DNA of 64,000 nt from an uncultured Candidatus Saccharibacteria bacterium (GTDB taxonomy: Bacteria; Patescibacteriota; WWE3; UBA101185; 2-01-FULL-41-18): contig CAZWQF010000002.1 in assembly GCA_964636285.1 (NCBI GenBank), positions 73,669 to 137,668 of the forward strand, in the 5' to 3' direction. A program made the position numbers and the translations under genes. The first letter of the stretch is position 1. Each line of letters starts with the position of its first letter. The notes below the pieces were generated by a model. The model was not told where the DNA came from and searched no databases. It saw nothing but the letters and a program-made list of their open reading frames with translations. This document shows, one piece after another, positions 27,470 through 38,668 of this stretch.

Positions 27470-30031
27470 TTAACATCTGCTGAAACCGCATGTGTAACAC
27501 TTGGCACACCCTTCCTCAAGAACAAGTGTTGCGTTACCGCATTCAGGGCACATGTCTCTGTGCGCAAACGCACTGGACTTGGTGTGCTTTACACTTGAAT
27601 CCTCCTGGGGGTGAGCGGTAGGATCAACAATGTTATTTCCATTCTGCTTTACAGTTATACCAAATTCTCGCGCAAATATCTTGGCCACTGCATCAGGCAC
27701 GCTTGAGATCCTATTTGGACCAAATCCAACCGAGCTTGATCCACCTATGCCAATAAGCTGTGTTATGACCTCTTTCACTGTATCTGCAGGGTTTTTTGAC
27801 GACCTAAGCCAACCTGACATGAGCCTACCCAAGGCCTCAGAAAGACCTGATACGTCACTTCCTGCCTTTCCTACTGTTAAGAAAACCTCAAATGGCCTGT
27901 TTTCTTCATCTTTTGTCACGTTTATGTATGCAGTGCCCTGAGGTGTTTTGACTTTGTATGTAACTCCGGAAAGTCTCTCAGGTCTTTCTCGTGTATCGTT
28001 TACATTAATTACATTCTCAACCTCAACTACGGCTTGACTTGAATCGGAACCCTGATCCTTTTTCTTTTTGGTATCATGAGTTTCAAGCACTACCTCAGTT
28101 CTTGAGCCAGTAACATAGACTGTAATTCCCTTACATCCAAGCTTCCAAGCATTTAAGTAAACTTCAGCAACGTCCTCGGTAGTTGCGCCCTCAGGAAAAT
28201 TGCATGTTTTTGACAATGAGTTATCAATAAACGCCTGAATAGAAGCTTGGGTTTGTACATGTTCTTCAGGAGTAATATCCTGTGAAACTGCAAACACATC
28301 TCTAAACTTCTTTGGAAGGAGCTCTACATGCTGACAGCTTCCAGTTTTTACAACCTCTTCTATGATCTTCTTCTGATCCTCTTCAGGTATTCCAGCCTCC
28401 TTAAGTGCCTTCTCAAACAACGGACTTGTGTATGTTAATGTCATTTTATTGGAGTCCCCTGCCGCTTGATAAACGTTTCTGAGGTAAGCAAGAGCAAATA
28501 CAGGTTCGCACCCATAGCCTTCACATCCAGCCACGGTTGAGATAGTCCCTGTTGGCGCTACGGTTGTCTGAGCTCCATTTCTTATACCGTGCTCTTTAAT
28601 ATCCTGCACAACCTTATTCCAGTTTAGGAGTGGCCTTCCCCAGTCGTGAACGTATTCGGACAGCGGCTCTGGAGCTTCCCACTTAAAGTCTTGCCCATCG
28701 TAAATACTCCCCTTAATTGCAGGAAAAGCACCTCTCTCTTTTGCTAACTCAATAGAGGTTACCATGGAGTGATACCTCATAAATTCAGCTAACTGAGCTG
28801 CAAATTCGCAACCTTCTGGTGATCCATATCTGATCCCCATGGAATACATTGCATCAGCAAGACCCATAAATCCAAGGCCAATTCTTCTTACATTTTCAGC
28901 TGCATTCCTAAGCTCTGGTACTGAAGGGACATACTTATTTGCTGTGACCACGTTGTCTAAAAACCTTGTAGAAAGCTCAATTGTTTTTCTAAGCTCCTCC
29001 CAGTCTACTTTTCCCTGACCATCAAGGTGCTGAGCAAGATTTATTGAACCAAGACAACAGTTTTCGTAAGGTCCTAACCACTGTTCACCGCATGGATTTG
29101 TAGCTTCAAGCTTATAGAGATGTGGTACAGGGTTTGTTCTATTTGCAGCATCAAGGAAAAGAACTCCAGGTTCTCCATTCTTGTGTGCGTATTTAACAAT
29201 CAAATCGTAAATTTCTCTTGCCTTTACGGTCTCCCAAACTTTTCCGTCATGAGGATTTTTTAAATCGAACATGCCATCCGAATCAACAGCTCTCATGAAC
29301 TCATCTGTTATCCCTACAGAAATATTAAAGTTTGAAATGCTTCCTTCCTCAGCTTTACACTTAATGAATTCACGAATATCTGGGTGCTCAACGCTTAAAA
29401 CTGCCATATTAGCACCTCTTCTTGCGCCTCCCTGAGCTATTTCACCAAACGCAGCATCGAAGACCTTAAGAAAGCCTACAGGGCCTGTTGCTTTTCCGTT
29501 ACTTGTTTTTACAAGTGCTCCAGCTGGCCTCAGTCTGGAGAACGAAAAACCATTTCCACCGCCAACTTGCTGAATTAACGCAGCAACCCTAAGCGTTGAA
29601 AAGATTCCATCTCCGTTTTTTCCAAGGTCATCTTCTATTGGAAGAACAAAACACGCTGCAAGTTGACCAAGAGGTGTTCCAGCCCCAGTAAATGTTGGGG
29701 AATTTGGGAAAAACTTTTTTTCTGTGAGTAAGTTATAAAATTCAATCTCGGTTTTCTTTACATCTCTATAAGACGCATCTGGCGCTGCCACATTAACAGC
29801 AATTCTTTCAAACATCTCCTCAATTGTTTCATTTGGTTTTCCGTCTACCCCTCTTCTAAGGTACCTTTTTTCAAGAACAATTCTGGAATTTTCGTCTAAA
29901 TGGATTCTACTATTCTTCTCTGGATACTTTGCTACCTTTCCGTTTGAACCTGTGCTTTTATTTACTGGTGTTACTTCCAGCCACTGCATAAATAAAATAA
30001 ATAAAGATATGACACAAGCATTGCAAAACAA
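27470..30031 (-). CDS. nrdJ: Class II adenosylcobalamin-dependent ribonucleotide reductase
   Basis: 853 aa. Active-site region [22 protein letters not shown]-terminal zinc ribbon [26 protein letters not shown]. Confidence 0.9.
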   Translation of the reverse strand: MFCNACVISLFILFMQWLEVTPVNKSTGSNGKVAKYPEKNSRIHLDENSRIVLEKRYLRRGVDGKPNETIEEMFERIAVNVAAPDASYRDVKKTEIEFYNLLTEKKFFPNSPTFTGAGTPLGQLAACFVLPIEDDLGKNGDGIFSTLRVAALIQQVGGGNGFSFSRLRPAGALVKTSNGKATGPVGFLKVFDAAFGEIAQGGARRGANMAVLSVEHPDIREFIKCKAEEGSISNFNISVGITDEFMRAVDSDGMFDLKNPHDGKVWETVKAREIYDLIVKYAHKNGEPGVLFLDAANRTNPVPHLYKLEATNPCGEQWLGPYENCCLGSINLAQHLDGQGKVDWEELRKTIELSTRFLDNVVTANKYVPSVPELRNAAENVRRIGLGFMGLADAMYSMGIRYGSPEGCEFAAQLAEFMRYHSMVTSIELAKERGAFPAIKGSIYDGQDFKWEAPEPLSEYVHDWGRPLLNWNKVVQDIKEHGIRNGAQTTVAPTGTISTVAGCEGYGCEPVFALAYLRNVYQAAGDSNKMTLTYTSPLFEKALKEAGIPEEDQKKIIEEVVKTGSCQHVELLPKKFRDVFAVSQDITPEEHVQTQASIQAFIDNSLSKTCNFPEGATTEDVAEVYLNAWKLGCKGITVYVTGSRTEVVLETHDTKKKKDQGSDSSQAVVEVENVINVNDTRERPERLSGVTYKVKTPQGTAYINVTKDEENRPFEVFLTVGKAGSDVSGLSEALGRLMSGWLRSSKNPADTVKEVITQLIGIGGSSSVGFGPNRISSVPDAVAKIFAREFGITVKQNGNNIVDPTAHPQEDSSVKHTKSSAFAHRDMCPECGNATLVLEEGCAKCYTCGFSRC

Positions 30032-30143
30032 AGCTGTGCGGCAAGATCTTAAATTTTTAATTGAAACTTATAAACTACCTGGCAAAGTGTATTACAACAC
30101 ACCAGGTGCTTAGCAAACAATAAGTAGATTCTGCTACCAACAA

Positions 30144-31256
30144 TTATCTGTTTCTCAAGAAAGTTGGAATATCAAATCTGTCATCACCAAAAATGTTCTC
30201 CTCCTTTTTTGGCTGTTCAACAATTGGAGCTTTAGGCTCTTCTTTTTTTTCTTCCTTCTTCTCTTTTACAGCTTGAACTGCATTTGTATAGTGCTTTTGA
30301 ATTTCGTTATCAAAACCTGTTGCAATTACAGTGATCTTAATCTGATCTGTCAGGTGCTCATCAATTGTTGCACCGAATATGATGTTGGCGTCTGGACTTG
30401 CGGCGTCACTAATAATTCTTGCAGCCTCATCAACCTCATGCATTGAAAGGTCATCTCCTCCAATGACATTAAATAGAATTCCAGTTGCACCATCAATTGA
30501 AAGCTCAAGAAGTGGCGAAGAAATTGCGGCTCTTGCTGCAGTTGCAGCTCTATTCTCGCCCGTACCTTTACCTATACCCATAAGGGCTGAGCCTGCATCG
30601 GTCATAATTGTTCTAACATCAGCAAAATCAACGTTGATAAGTCCAGGCATGACAATCAAATCCGAAATTCCCTGAACTCCCTGACCAAGAATGCTGTCTG
30701 ACACTTTGAACGCATCAACCATAGACATTTTCTTATCTACAACTTCAAGAAGTTTCTGATTTGGGATTGTGATAAGAGCATCAAGCTTACCTTTTAGGTT
30801 TGCAACGCCTTTTTCGGCATTCTGCATTCTCTTTGCACCTTCAAATGTAAAAGGCTTTGTTACTACACCAACAGTCAATGCCCCAATACTCTTTGCTATT
30901 TCAGCAACCACAGGTGCTGCTCCAGTACCTGTACCACCGCCCATACCGGCCGTGATAAATACCATGTCAGAACCTTCAAGGTGACCTTTTATAAGCTCGA
31001 TGGATTCGTGTGCGGCTTTTTCACCTATATCAGGATTTGCACCGGCACCTAAGCCTTTTGTTAAATCCTGACCGATCGGAATTTTTACAGGAGCTTGATT
31101 TACAGAAAGAGCCTGAGCATCGGTGTTGATTGCAATGAATTCAACTCCGTTGATATTCTGCCCGGTGATCATAGTGTTCAAAGCGTTGCAACCGCATCCG
31201 CCAATTCCCACTACTCTAATTTTTGCATACCTTTCCATTTCTGGTTTTATGTGCAT
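30144..31256 (-). CDS. ftsZ: Cell division GTPase FtsZ
   Basis: Tubulin signature [10 protein letters not shown]. Begins [17 protein letters not shown]. Confidence 0.97.
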   Translation of the reverse strand: MHIKPEMERYAKIRVVGIGGCGCNALNTMITGQNINGVEFIAINTDAQALSVNQAPVKIPIGQDLTKGLGAGANPDIGEKAAHESIELIKGHLEGSDMVFITAGMGGGTGTGAAPVVAEIAKSIGALTVGVVTKPFTFEGAKRMQNAEKGVANLKGKLDALITIPNQKLLEVVDKKMSMVDAFKVSDSILGQGVQGISDLIVMPGLINVDFADVRTIMTDAGSALMGIGKGTGENRAATAARAAISSPLLELSIDGATGILFNVIGGDDLSMHEVDEAARIISDAASPDANIIFGATIDEHLTDQIKITVIATGFDNEIQKHYTNAVQAVKEKKEEKKEEPKAPIVEQPKKEENIFGDDRFDIPTFLRNR

Positions 31257-31267
31257 AGTGAAAAATC

Positions 31268-32518
31268 TTAGGGCAGAAAAGATTTTAGTAAATTAACAAT
31301 TTTTGATATTACGCCACCAATCTTACCTTTAGGAGAAGAAAATGACAAGCCCGAACTTTTTTCTTTAACAAGTCTACTGCCATATAACACAACTCCAACT
31401 GTTGCAGCAAACGCTGGGCCTTCAATTTCGTCGATAAGTCCTGTTATTCCTCTTGGGTATCCAACTCTCACTGGGACCTTCAAAACCTGCTTTGCAACTT
31501 TTTCTACGCCATATGTCTGAGCAGCGCCACCGGTAACTACCATTCCTGCGGGGAGTTTACCAGAAAGATTAGCTTTTCTTACTTCAAGAGCAATTAGATT
31601 AAAAATTTCGCTAAGCCTTGCTTCAATGACATCGTACAAGAACTTTTTGGGTATTGTTGGAGTATCAAGATTAAATTCGCTTACATCAAGCTCTTCATTC
31701 TTTTTTTCTGTATCCAAAATCCTCTTATCTTTTTCAATCGAAAGTCTGAGCTTTATCTTCTCAGCAGCCTCCATTGAAGCCCTGAGTCCAATTGCTAAAT
31801 CAGAAGTGATATGTTGCCCTCCAATCGGCAAAACAGACGAATATATAGGACTACCCTCTGAAAAAACTACCACTGAAGTAGTTCCCCCTCCAATATCTAC
31901 AAGAATAGCTCCAAGTTCTTTTTCTGTGTCAGTCAAAATGGCTTCACTAGATGCAATTCCAGTGTATACCAAGTCCTCAACCTCAACTCCAACCTGCGAT
32001 ACACACTTAACAAGGTTTCTCATACTTGTAGCAAGTCCTGTAATAACATTTGTCTCCACTTCCAACCTTACACCACTCATCCCAGTTGGATCTTTAATGC
32101 CGCTTTGCCCATCTACTATAAAATCTCTTGGAATTACATGAATTATTTCTCTTGATGATGGTAACGAAATAGCCTGTGCTGCCTCTGTCACTCTTGCGAT
32201 GTCGTCAGCACTAATTTCTACACCTTGATGCGAAACGGCAACAACACCGTGCGAGTTCAACGACTCAATGTGACTTCCACTTACTGTAACAAACGCAGAA
32301 TGTATAGAAATACCAGCCATTCTCTGAGCCCTCTCAAGGCTCTGATCAATTGCCTCAACAGCTTCGTCAATATCAACAATAACGCCTCTTTTAATCCCGC
32401 TTGAAGGTACTTGGGACACTCCAATAACGGAGACCCTGCCTTCCGAGACATTGGCTACAATTGTACTGATTTTTGAAGAACCTACATCAATTCCGGTGAC
32501 AAATCTTTCTTTGGGCAT
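31268..32518 (-). CDS. ftsA: Cell division protein FtsA (actin-like ATPase)
   Basis: Phosphate-1 motif [26 protein letters not shown], and a C-terminal amphipathic membrane-targeting helix. Sits immediately upstream of ftsZ. Confidence 0.85.
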   Translation of the reverse strand: MPKERFVTGIDVGSSKISTIVANVSEGRVSVIGVSQVPSSGIKRGVIVDIDEAVEAIDQSLERAQRMAGISIHSAFVTVSGSHIESLNSHGVVAVSHQGVEISADDIARVTEAAQAISLPSSREIIHVIPRDFIVDGQSGIKDPTGMSGVRLEVETNVITGLATSMRNLVKCVSQVGVEVEDLVYTGIASSEAILTDTEKELGAILVDIGGGTTSVVVFSEGSPIYSSVLPIGGQHITSDLAIGLRASMEAAEKIKLRLSIEKDKRILDTEKKNEELDVSEFNLDTPTIPKKFLYDVIEARLSEIFNLIALEVRKANLSGKLPAGMVVTGGAAQTYGVEKVAKQVLKVPVRVGYPRGITGLIDEIEGPAFAATVGVVLYGSRLVKEKSSGLSFSSPKGKIGGVISKIVNLLKSFLP

Positions 32519-32528
32519 AATTAAAGTA

Positions 32529-33326
32529 TCAATATTCTACTACTACATTATCATATCTTAAATCTACTTTCTTCAAGATAATGTTCTCAAGCTTAAATTT
32601 AAGCAAAACCTCCTTGAGAAGTTTAGCAGATGTTCGTATATCTTTGTCAAAAGAAATATAGACTAGAACATTGTTTTCTGTATAAAAACTCAGAAAGGAC
32701 TCATCAGAGACAAAAGTTGAAACCTTGATATCTTCGGTTCTAAGGGCATCTATTATTTTTACATACAGATCTACCTTACTTTTTTCAAGAAAACTCCCAA
32801 TTTTTATATCGGGCTTATTATATTTAACCACAGGTAATCTAAGTTCTGTTGGATCAACCACCCCAAGGACATATCCTTCAATATCAGTTAAATAGAAGGC
32901 TTCTGGTTGACCTACAGACAAGATAACGATTGGGGTTCGCTCCTTGATACTAATGACTATTTTTGAGCTACCCTCTTTAATTACCTCTACGTCCTTAATA
33001 GCCAAAAAATTAGATTTAATTAATTTTTGCACGTCCTCCTGTTTGATTAAATATATGTTCTTTCCTTTAAGCTTCCCTTCAACAACAGCATTAACATCGG
33101 CTACGCTTACAAACCTACCGTCACCATGAACTTCAACTTCAGAAACCTTTGCCACAGAATCAGCAGCACCTGACTCGGACCAAGCTATTACTAACCAGAC
33201 AAGAATTATGCTAAGTGGGACTACAATCCAAAACCTATACCTTGAAAACAACCTTCTAAGGTTGCTAGCTCTTATATTTGAAGTTGGCCTTGAGTTAATT
33301 GGTGTGTATTGTTTTAAGGGTTTCAT
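32529..33326 (-). CDS. ftsQ: FtsQ/DivIB-like cell division protein (bitopic, POTRA-like)
   Basis: Single N-terminal TM, 265 aa, positioned between murG and ftsA as in canonical dcw clusters. Sequence similarity is weak. Confidence 0.55.
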   Translation of the reverse strand: MKPLKQYTPINSRPTSNIRASNLRRLFSRYRFWIVVPLSIILVWLVIAWSESGAADSVAKVSEVEVHGDGRFVSVADVNAVVEGKLKGKNIYLIKQEDVQKLIKSNFLAIKDVEVIKEGSSKIVISIKERTPIVILSVGQPEAFYLTDIEGYVLGVVDPTELRLPVVKYNKPDIKIGSFLEKSKVDLYVKIIDALRTEDIKVSTFVSDESFLSFYTENNVLVYISFDKDIRTSAKLLKEVLLKFKLENIILKKVDLRYDNVVVEY

Positions 33327-34407
33327 TTGCTATTAGAAATGCAGAATCCATTTTCAGAGGAAATTTGGCCTCATCCACAAGTTTATACTTACCCAGGTTG
33401 TTAAGCATTTGTTTAACTGCTGAAACAAAACTATCTGCTGTTAAATCCTTCTCCTCTAGTATCTCAGCCAAACCTGACTCTTTAGCCACAAGTGCATTCA
33501 AGTACTGCTCGTTATGTGAAACCCATGGAATAGGCACTAAAAGCGAAGGCTTTCTCAAGGCAATAAATTCGCTTACAAAATGAGCTCCTGACCTCCCTAC
33601 CATTAATGTGGTCTTGCTAAAAAGCTCTCCAATTTCATTCGAACGAATATAGTCACAAGGTACATACTCACCGCCCAGTTTTTCCGGAGTTACTGTTAAG
33701 GATTTCAACTGCTTTGCATTTTCAAAATCATTAAAAACCGAAGAGCTTCCGCATTGATGAATTAAGTTACAAAAAGATAAAATTTCCTTAAGTTTGCTAA
33801 AAACAATCTCATTCAGGCGATGTGAACCCTGCTTACCCCCTGTTATGCACACCACAGGAAGGTTATTTTTAAACTCAAAACTTTTTGTATTAACCTTAAA
33901 TAACTCTTTCCTCAAAGGAATTCCGGTAAAGATAACTTCTTTGCCTGCAAATGAGCTTCTTGAGGATTCCCAGGAGATAAATATCTTTTTAACAAACTTT
34001 GAAATAACCTTGTTCGCAAGACCAGTAACAACTGTTTGCTCGTGAGTGACGCTAGGTATTTTAAGAATATACCCAGATAACACAATAGGAACTGCTATAT
34101 AACCACCGAATGACAAAATTATGCTAGGCTTCTGCTCTATTAAAAGATTAAATGCATTAACAAATCCCCTTAAAACTGCAAAAAATTTGATAGGATTTTT
34201 AATTCCAAAAAACTTCCCTGCTTTAATATCAAAAAAAGGAATGCCAAGCCTTTTGAGATCCTCATACTCGGCACTTACATTCTTATCCGATTGCATTGAG
34301 TGCGTGTGACCAACAAATATAAGTTCGGCTTCAGGAGCTTGTTTCCTTAGCTCCTCAATCACTGCAAGTGCAGAAGTGTGGTGTCCGCCTGTAATCAATA
34401 TTTTCAT
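33295..34407 (-). CDS. murG: Undecaprenyldiphospho-muramoylpentapeptide beta-N-acetylglucosaminyltransferase
   Basis: N-terminal MKILITGGHHTSALAV (G-loop GGTGGH) and GT28 C-terminal domain. dcw context. Confidence 0.85.
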   Translation of the reverse strand: MKILITGGHHTSALAVIEELRKQAPEAELIFVGHTHSMQSDKNVSAEYEDLKRLGIPFFDIKAGKFFGIKNPIKFFAVLRGFVNAFNLLIEQKPSIILSFGGYIAVPIVLSGYILKIPSVTHEQTVVTGLANKVISKFVKKIFISWESSRSSFAGKEVIFTGIPLRKELFKVNTKSFEFKNNLPVVCITGGKQGSHRLNEIVFSKLKEILSFCNLIHQCGSSSVFNDFENAKQLKSLTVTPEKLGGEYVPCDYIRSNEIGELFSKTTLMVGRSGAHFVSEFIALRKPSLLVPIPWVSHNEQYLNALVAKESGLAEILEEKDLTADSFVSAVKQMLNNLGKYKLVDEAKFPLKMDSAFLIANETLKTIHTN

Positions 34408-35543
34408 AACTCTGACTGCTTCTTTATGTTTAATAATACACCAAGCGAAATAAGACTAAAAACCATCGATGAGCCACCGTACGATATCAAAGGTAATGGC
34501 ACCCCAGTCAATGGAACAATATGAACCATTGCAGCAAGGTTTACAACGCACTGAGTTGCAAACCAAGTTGTGATTCCAATAGCCATAAGCTTGCCCAATT
34601 TGTCCGGGGCATTTTTTGCCACTTGGAATCCTTTGTATATAACAAACGCAAATGCGAGTATCAATAATAGCGTTCCAACAAACCCAAGCTCCTCACCTAT
34701 TACTGCAAATATTGAATCCGTAGCAACTTCGGGTATGTACTGATATTTTTGTCTGGACTGGCCAAATCCAAGTCCTGTGAAACCACCGGAACCCAGTGCT
34801 ATTAAAATCTGATTTATATGAAACGATGCACCTTGAGGATCAGAGAACCCCTTACTCATGTAAGTCATTAACCTTGCTCTTCTATATGGGGAAGCAAGAA
34901 TAAAACCTACACCTGCAATTATCATAGTTGGGATGCCTGCTAAAAAATATACTAAATTCACACCAGATGCAAAATAAATACTTACTGCTATAGAGACAAC
35001 CAAAAGTCCTGTTCCAAAGTCCGGCTGAAACATAATAAGTCCAAAAAAAACAGCAAGTAGTAGCCCAAAACCCAAAGGCTTTATTTCTTTTTTTGAAAGT
35101 ACTGTTGCCAAGTAAATTATTATTGCAAGCTTAAATATTTCACTTGGCTGAACACTTTGCCTTCCAATTAATGGAAACGAAGGGAAGGGGGCTGGATTAA
35201 GGTAGATCCACCTTCGTGCGCCATAAATTATAGGAGCAAAAGGTGTTGGTAGTAAAACAAAAACCATTAGTAGCAATGCAGATCCAAAAATAAGGTAGGC
35301 GTGTTTTGAAAGAAAATGATAATCGATATTTGAAAAAATAAATAAAAAAGTAAGCCCAACCGTAACCCAAAGAGCTTGAAGTATCAAAAAATAAAACTTA
35401 CCTCCAAACGTGGCGTTTGCTAAAACCACAGAGACGTCATATACCATCACAACCCCAAAAACAAGGAGACTTAAGATTGCCAGAATTAGCGAGTAATCTT
35501 TTTTAGTGTGCCTAGTGGCTGTTTTAACCTGAGTTTTAACCAT
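34404..35543 (-). CDS. ftsW: SEDS-family peptidoglycan glycosyltransferase FtsW
   Basis: 10 TM segments. SEDS motifs GSGGFTGLGFGQSRQKYQYIPEVATDSIFAVIGEELGF. Overlaps murG start by ATGA. Confidence 0.85.
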   Translation of the reverse strand: MVKTQVKTATRHTKKDYSLILAILSLLVFGVVMVYDVSVVLANATFGGKFYFLILQALWVTVGLTFLFIFSNIDYHFLSKHAYLIFGSALLLMVFVLLPTPFAPIIYGARRWIYLNPAPFPSFPLIGRQSVQPSEIFKLAIIIYLATVLSKKEIKPLGFGLLLAVFFGLIMFQPDFGTGLLVVSIAVSIYFASGVNLVYFLAGIPTMIIAGVGFILASPYRRARLMTYMSKGFSDPQGASFHINQILIALGSGGFTGLGFGQSRQKYQYIPEVATDSIFAVIGEELGFVGTLLLILAFAFVIYKGFQVAKNAPDKLGKLMAIGITTWFATQCVVNLAAMVHIVPLTGVPLPLISYGGSSMVFSLISLGVLLNIKKQSEL

Positions 35544-35549
35544 ATTAAA

Positions 35550-36650
35550 TTAAAGTAAACAAACAGAAAGGCCTGCAATTACAAGAAGCGCATTAAGAAG
35601 CCAAAATCTTGAGGTCACTTTTGTTTCATGCCAGCCTAGCTTTTCAAAGTGGTGGTGAATGGGAGCAACCAGGAGAATTCTTTTCTTTCTCAACTTAACT
35701 GACCAGACTTGAAAAAAGCTTGAAAGTATCTCAATCATAAACACACCACCAATTAATAGTAATGAAACCTCTCTATTTAAGAGCACTGCAACAAAAACAA
35801 AAATTATACCTAGGGGCAAGGTGCCCACATCCGACATCTCAAGCCTTGCTGGGTAGATATTAAAGTACAAGAATGCAAGTTCAGCACCAACTACAGCGGC
35901 ACAGAAAAACGCTAGTTGATACTGCCCCATCATCAATGCAAGTGCTCCATATCCTAAAAATGAGATTGTGTGAAGCCCGGCGGAAAGCCCGTCCATTCCA
36001 TCAGTTATTCCAAAAGCATTTGCAAACCAAAGGGCAAGAAAGACGATTAATGGAAGGAAAAACCAGCCAAGGTACAACTCCCCAACAAAAGGAAGCCACA
36101 GAGCCCTGTATCCTAGCTTAAAATAAATCCAGTAAGCGCCAATTGAAACTGTAAGGAGTTGCATTAAAAACTTGTCGTGAGATTTAAGACCTCTCTGGCC
36201 ACTCCCCATCATTCTAAAAACCTCTTTGAAAGCGTCCCACGGAACAAGTGCAGCTCTATAAAGCACCCAAATTACCTTGTGATTAACCACTACCTTATCC
36301 ACCGCATCTCTAACCGCAAAGGAAAAACCTTTTCTCCCTATTGTGTTAATAAACTCGTCAATTGCACCAAAAACTGACCCTACAATTAAAATTAACGAAA
36401 AAGGCACGAACATACTCCAGTTTCTTATGAAGATTGAGGAGATAAGAAGAACTGTACCTGTAATTAGAGCCCCACCCATAATTGGTGTGCCAAATTTTAC
36501 CGCTCTATCAGGAAGCTTATCCTCAAGGTCAGGCTTGCTAATTCGTCTAATGTTAAATTTGTATAAAAAGCCAATAAAAAACGGCGAAATGAGAAACGCA
36601 ACGCAAAATGAAATTAAGATAATTAAAAGAAATTTAAGCTCCATTATCAA
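35550..36650 (-). CDS. mraY: Phospho-N-acetylmuramoyl-pentapeptide transferase
   Basis: MraY/WecA-family motifs GITDGMDGLSAGL and NAFGITDG; 10 TM segments; dcw context. WecA is not fully excluded. Confidence 0.75.
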   Translation of the reverse strand: MIMELKFLLIILISFCVAFLISPFFIGFLYKFNIRRISKPDLEDKLPDRAVKFGTPIMGGALITGTVLLISSIFIRNWSMFVPFSLILIVGSVFGAIDEFINTIGRKGFSFAVRDAVDKVVVNHKVIWVLYRAALVPWDAFKEVFRMMGSGQRGLKSHDKFLMQLLTVSIGAYWIYFKLGYRALWLPFVGELYLGWFFLPLIVFLALWFANAFGITDGMDGLSAGLHTISFLGYGALALMMGQYQLAFFCAAVVGAELAFLYFNIYPARLEMSDVGTLPLGIIFVFVAVLLNREVSLLLIGGVFMIEILSSFFQVWSVKLRKKRILLVAPIHHHFEKLGWHETKVTSRFWLLNALLVIAGLSVCLL

Positions 36651-36680
36651 GCCAATGATATAGCATTACAAGAAAAAGAG

Positions 36681-38009
36681 CTAGTCAATTTTTGTGATCT
36701 TTGCGCCAAGAGATCTAAGCTTTTCCTCAAAGTTTTCGTAACCCTTGAGCACATTTTCAACACCGTGAATCTCGCTCCTACCTTCAGCTATAATGGCAGC
36801 CATGATTAATGAGGCCCCTGCCTTTAAATCCGGAGTATTTAGTTTCTCTCTTCTAAGTAAAGTGGGGCCGTCAATTTTTGCAACCGTATATGGCTCACCC
36901 ATGCTCTCAACATCGTAAGTATCATCGCTTACAGAAACCTGGAATCCAACGTCTGATGGCCTCAAAAGCGAGATCTTTGCCCCCATTCGATTCAATTCTT
37001 TAGTATAAGACAGCCTGTCAACGTAAACTGTGTCGTGAATATAGCTTGTACCTTCGGCTTGCGTCATGAGAATACACACAAGCGGTTGCCAATCTGTAAT
37101 AAAACCGGGAGCTGGGGAAGTCTCAACATTAACAGCTTTAAGTTTGTCACCCTTAGTTCTCCAAACCCTAAGGCTGTCACCTCGAAACTCAAAGTTTGCG
37201 CCCATTTGCTCCAGCTTTCTAACAAACGGTAATAAGTCTGAGGATGTAACACCCTCAACATTTATATCCCCACAAGATGCAATCCCAAGGGTAGCAAAAG
37301 TTGCGGCCTCAAGCCTATCAGGCATAACCTTAAACTTTCCACCTTTAAAAGATTGGGTACCGTGAATAATAATTTTCCTCTCGTCTACTCTTTTTACATT
37401 GCCACCTATCACATTTACAAACTCTATTAAATCATCGATTTCAGGCTCTGAGGAGGCATTAAAGATCACGCTCTCACCTGGAATAAACATGGTCGAAAGG
37501 ATTGCATTTTCAGTACCCATAACAGATAAAACCTTGAATTTAATTTCAGAGTTTGAGGGAGTTTTAAGTGCTATGTGATAATACTTTTCGTCCTCGTGAA
37601 CAGTAAAGCCCACTGCTTTCCAAGTATCTATCCACCTATTGATAGGTCTCGTAACGCTACCAGGACTACTTTGCTTTGGAATACTCACTTTACCAAATCT
37701 GTAAAGAAGCGGAGCTGCTAGTAAAGCAGTAGTTCTATATTGCGAACCAGTTTCGTATGGGATTTCATTGCTAAATATGCTAGAGGAGTTTATCAGTAGT
37801 CTATTTTGAGACAGCCATTCCACTTTTGCCCCAAGGTGAGAAATAATTTCAAGGTCAACCATCACGTTCTCTATTCGAGGGACATTATCAATAATTACAT
37901 CGTCATTAGCAAAAAGAGAGGCTACAATAATTTTAAGCGCTGAGTTTTTTGAACCAGAAACTTTCACTGAACCAACTAAGGACTCGGGGCCTTCTATTAA
38001 CCATTTCAT
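36681..38009 (-). CDS. murA: UDP-N-acetylglucosamine 1-carboxyvinyltransferase
   Basis: N-terminal VKVSGSKNSALKIIVASL (the K of the GAKN motif). EPT-family two-domain length of 442 aa. Confidence 0.9.
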   Translation of the reverse strand: MKWLIEGPESLVGSVKVSGSKNSALKIIVASLFANDDVIIDNVPRIENVMVDLEIISHLGAKVEWLSQNRLLINSSSIFSNEIPYETGSQYRTTALLAAPLLYRFGKVSIPKQSSPGSVTRPINRWIDTWKAVGFTVHEDEKYYHIALKTPSNSEIKFKVLSVMGTENAILSTMFIPGESVIFNASSEPEIDDLIEFVNVIGGNVKRVDERKIIIHGTQSFKGGKFKVMPDRLEAATFATLGIASCGDINVEGVTSSDLLPFVRKLEQMGANFEFRGDSLRVWRTKGDKLKAVNVETSPAPGFITDWQPLVCILMTQAEGTSYIHDTVYVDRLSYTKELNRMGAKISLLRPSDVGFQVSVSDDTYDVESMGEPYTVAKIDGPTLLRREKLNTPDLKAGASLIMAAIIAEGRSEIHGVENVLKGYENFEEKLRSLGAKITKID

Positions 38010-38010
38010 A

Positions 38011-38235
38011 TTATCTAAGCATCACAAGGGTGGCGGAATTGAGAATAAATCCTATTCCAAGGATAATTGTAACAATAAATATCACCTTTTCCATTCCCCT
38101 CTTTGTCCTGTAAAACCCGCCAAAACCTGAAATTGCGGATGAAATACCCGCACCTCTGGATTGAATGAGTACTAAGCAAATAATTAGAACTGAAACCAAA
38201 ATCTGGATAATTTGTAAAATAAATTTAATGTTCAT
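38011..38235 (-). CDS. secG: Preprotein translocase subunit SecG
   Basis: 74 aa with two TM segments. LVLIQSRGAGISSAISGFGG resembles the SecG LLQ-x-GKGGG motif. Confidence 0.65.
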   Translation of the reverse strand: MNIKFILQIIQILVSVLIICLVLIQSRGAGISSAISGFGGFYRTKRGMEKVIFIVTIILGIGFILNSATLVMLR

Positions 38236-38656
38236 GCTTCTTTTTTATAGGATAGGATGTTACCCACCCTCCAAATGAAATAAATACCGAGAGTACAAAC
38301 GCTGTAAATATATAGCTCCAGTACTCTGAGATACCATAAGACTCTATCACAAATCCAAAAACATTCAAATTTTGGACGGTACCCTCTGTAAGCTTAAAAC
38401 CTTCATAAAATCGGCTGAGTAAAAAGACACAAATTAAGTTAATAAAAATACCCAGAAACAAGTAACCCAAGCCATCATGCCAGAGAGACATAATTTTTAA
38501 GGCCGGCTTCACAAGAAGATTCACAAGCGCAATCCCAACAGAGACTAAAATCATATTTCTGGTTAATCCAGAAAATGAAATTCCAGAAAAAAATGAGCTG
38601 ATGAAATAGAGTGCTAAAAAGCTAAAAAGAATGTTTCGGGCAAGTGATTTCATCAC
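38225..38656 (-). CDS. PF04020-like (DUF360 / 'phage holin 4_2' superfamily) 4-TM membrane protein
   Basis: Pattern GISFSGLTRNMILVSVGIALVNLLVKPALKIMSLW...GLGYLFLGIFINLICVFLLS matches the family core (N-x3-P-x-L and GL repeats), recalled from memory. Confidence 0.45.
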   Translation of the reverse strand: MMKSLARNILFSFLALYFISSFFSGISFSGLTRNMILVSVGIALVNLLVKPALKIMSLWHDGLGYLFLGIFINLICVFLLSRFYEGFKLTEGTVQNLNVFGFVIESYGISEYWSYIFTAFVLSVFISFGGWVTSYPIKKKHEH

Positions 38657-38668
38657 AAATATTATACA

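Noticed and set aside
31626-32141. 171 aa plus-strand ORF antisense to ftsA. Similar antisense or alternate-frame ORFs occur inside uvrA (42603-43040, 44640-44984), nrdJ (27630-27941), ftsZ (30379-30675, 30769-30984), mraY, murA, ileS, ppsA, eno and L21 (18129-18530, 18229-18411).
   Set aside because: All are fully embedded in well-supported conserved genes on the opposite strand or in another frame. They are low-complexity (Ser/Leu/Pro-rich) with no motifs, typical shadow ORFs.
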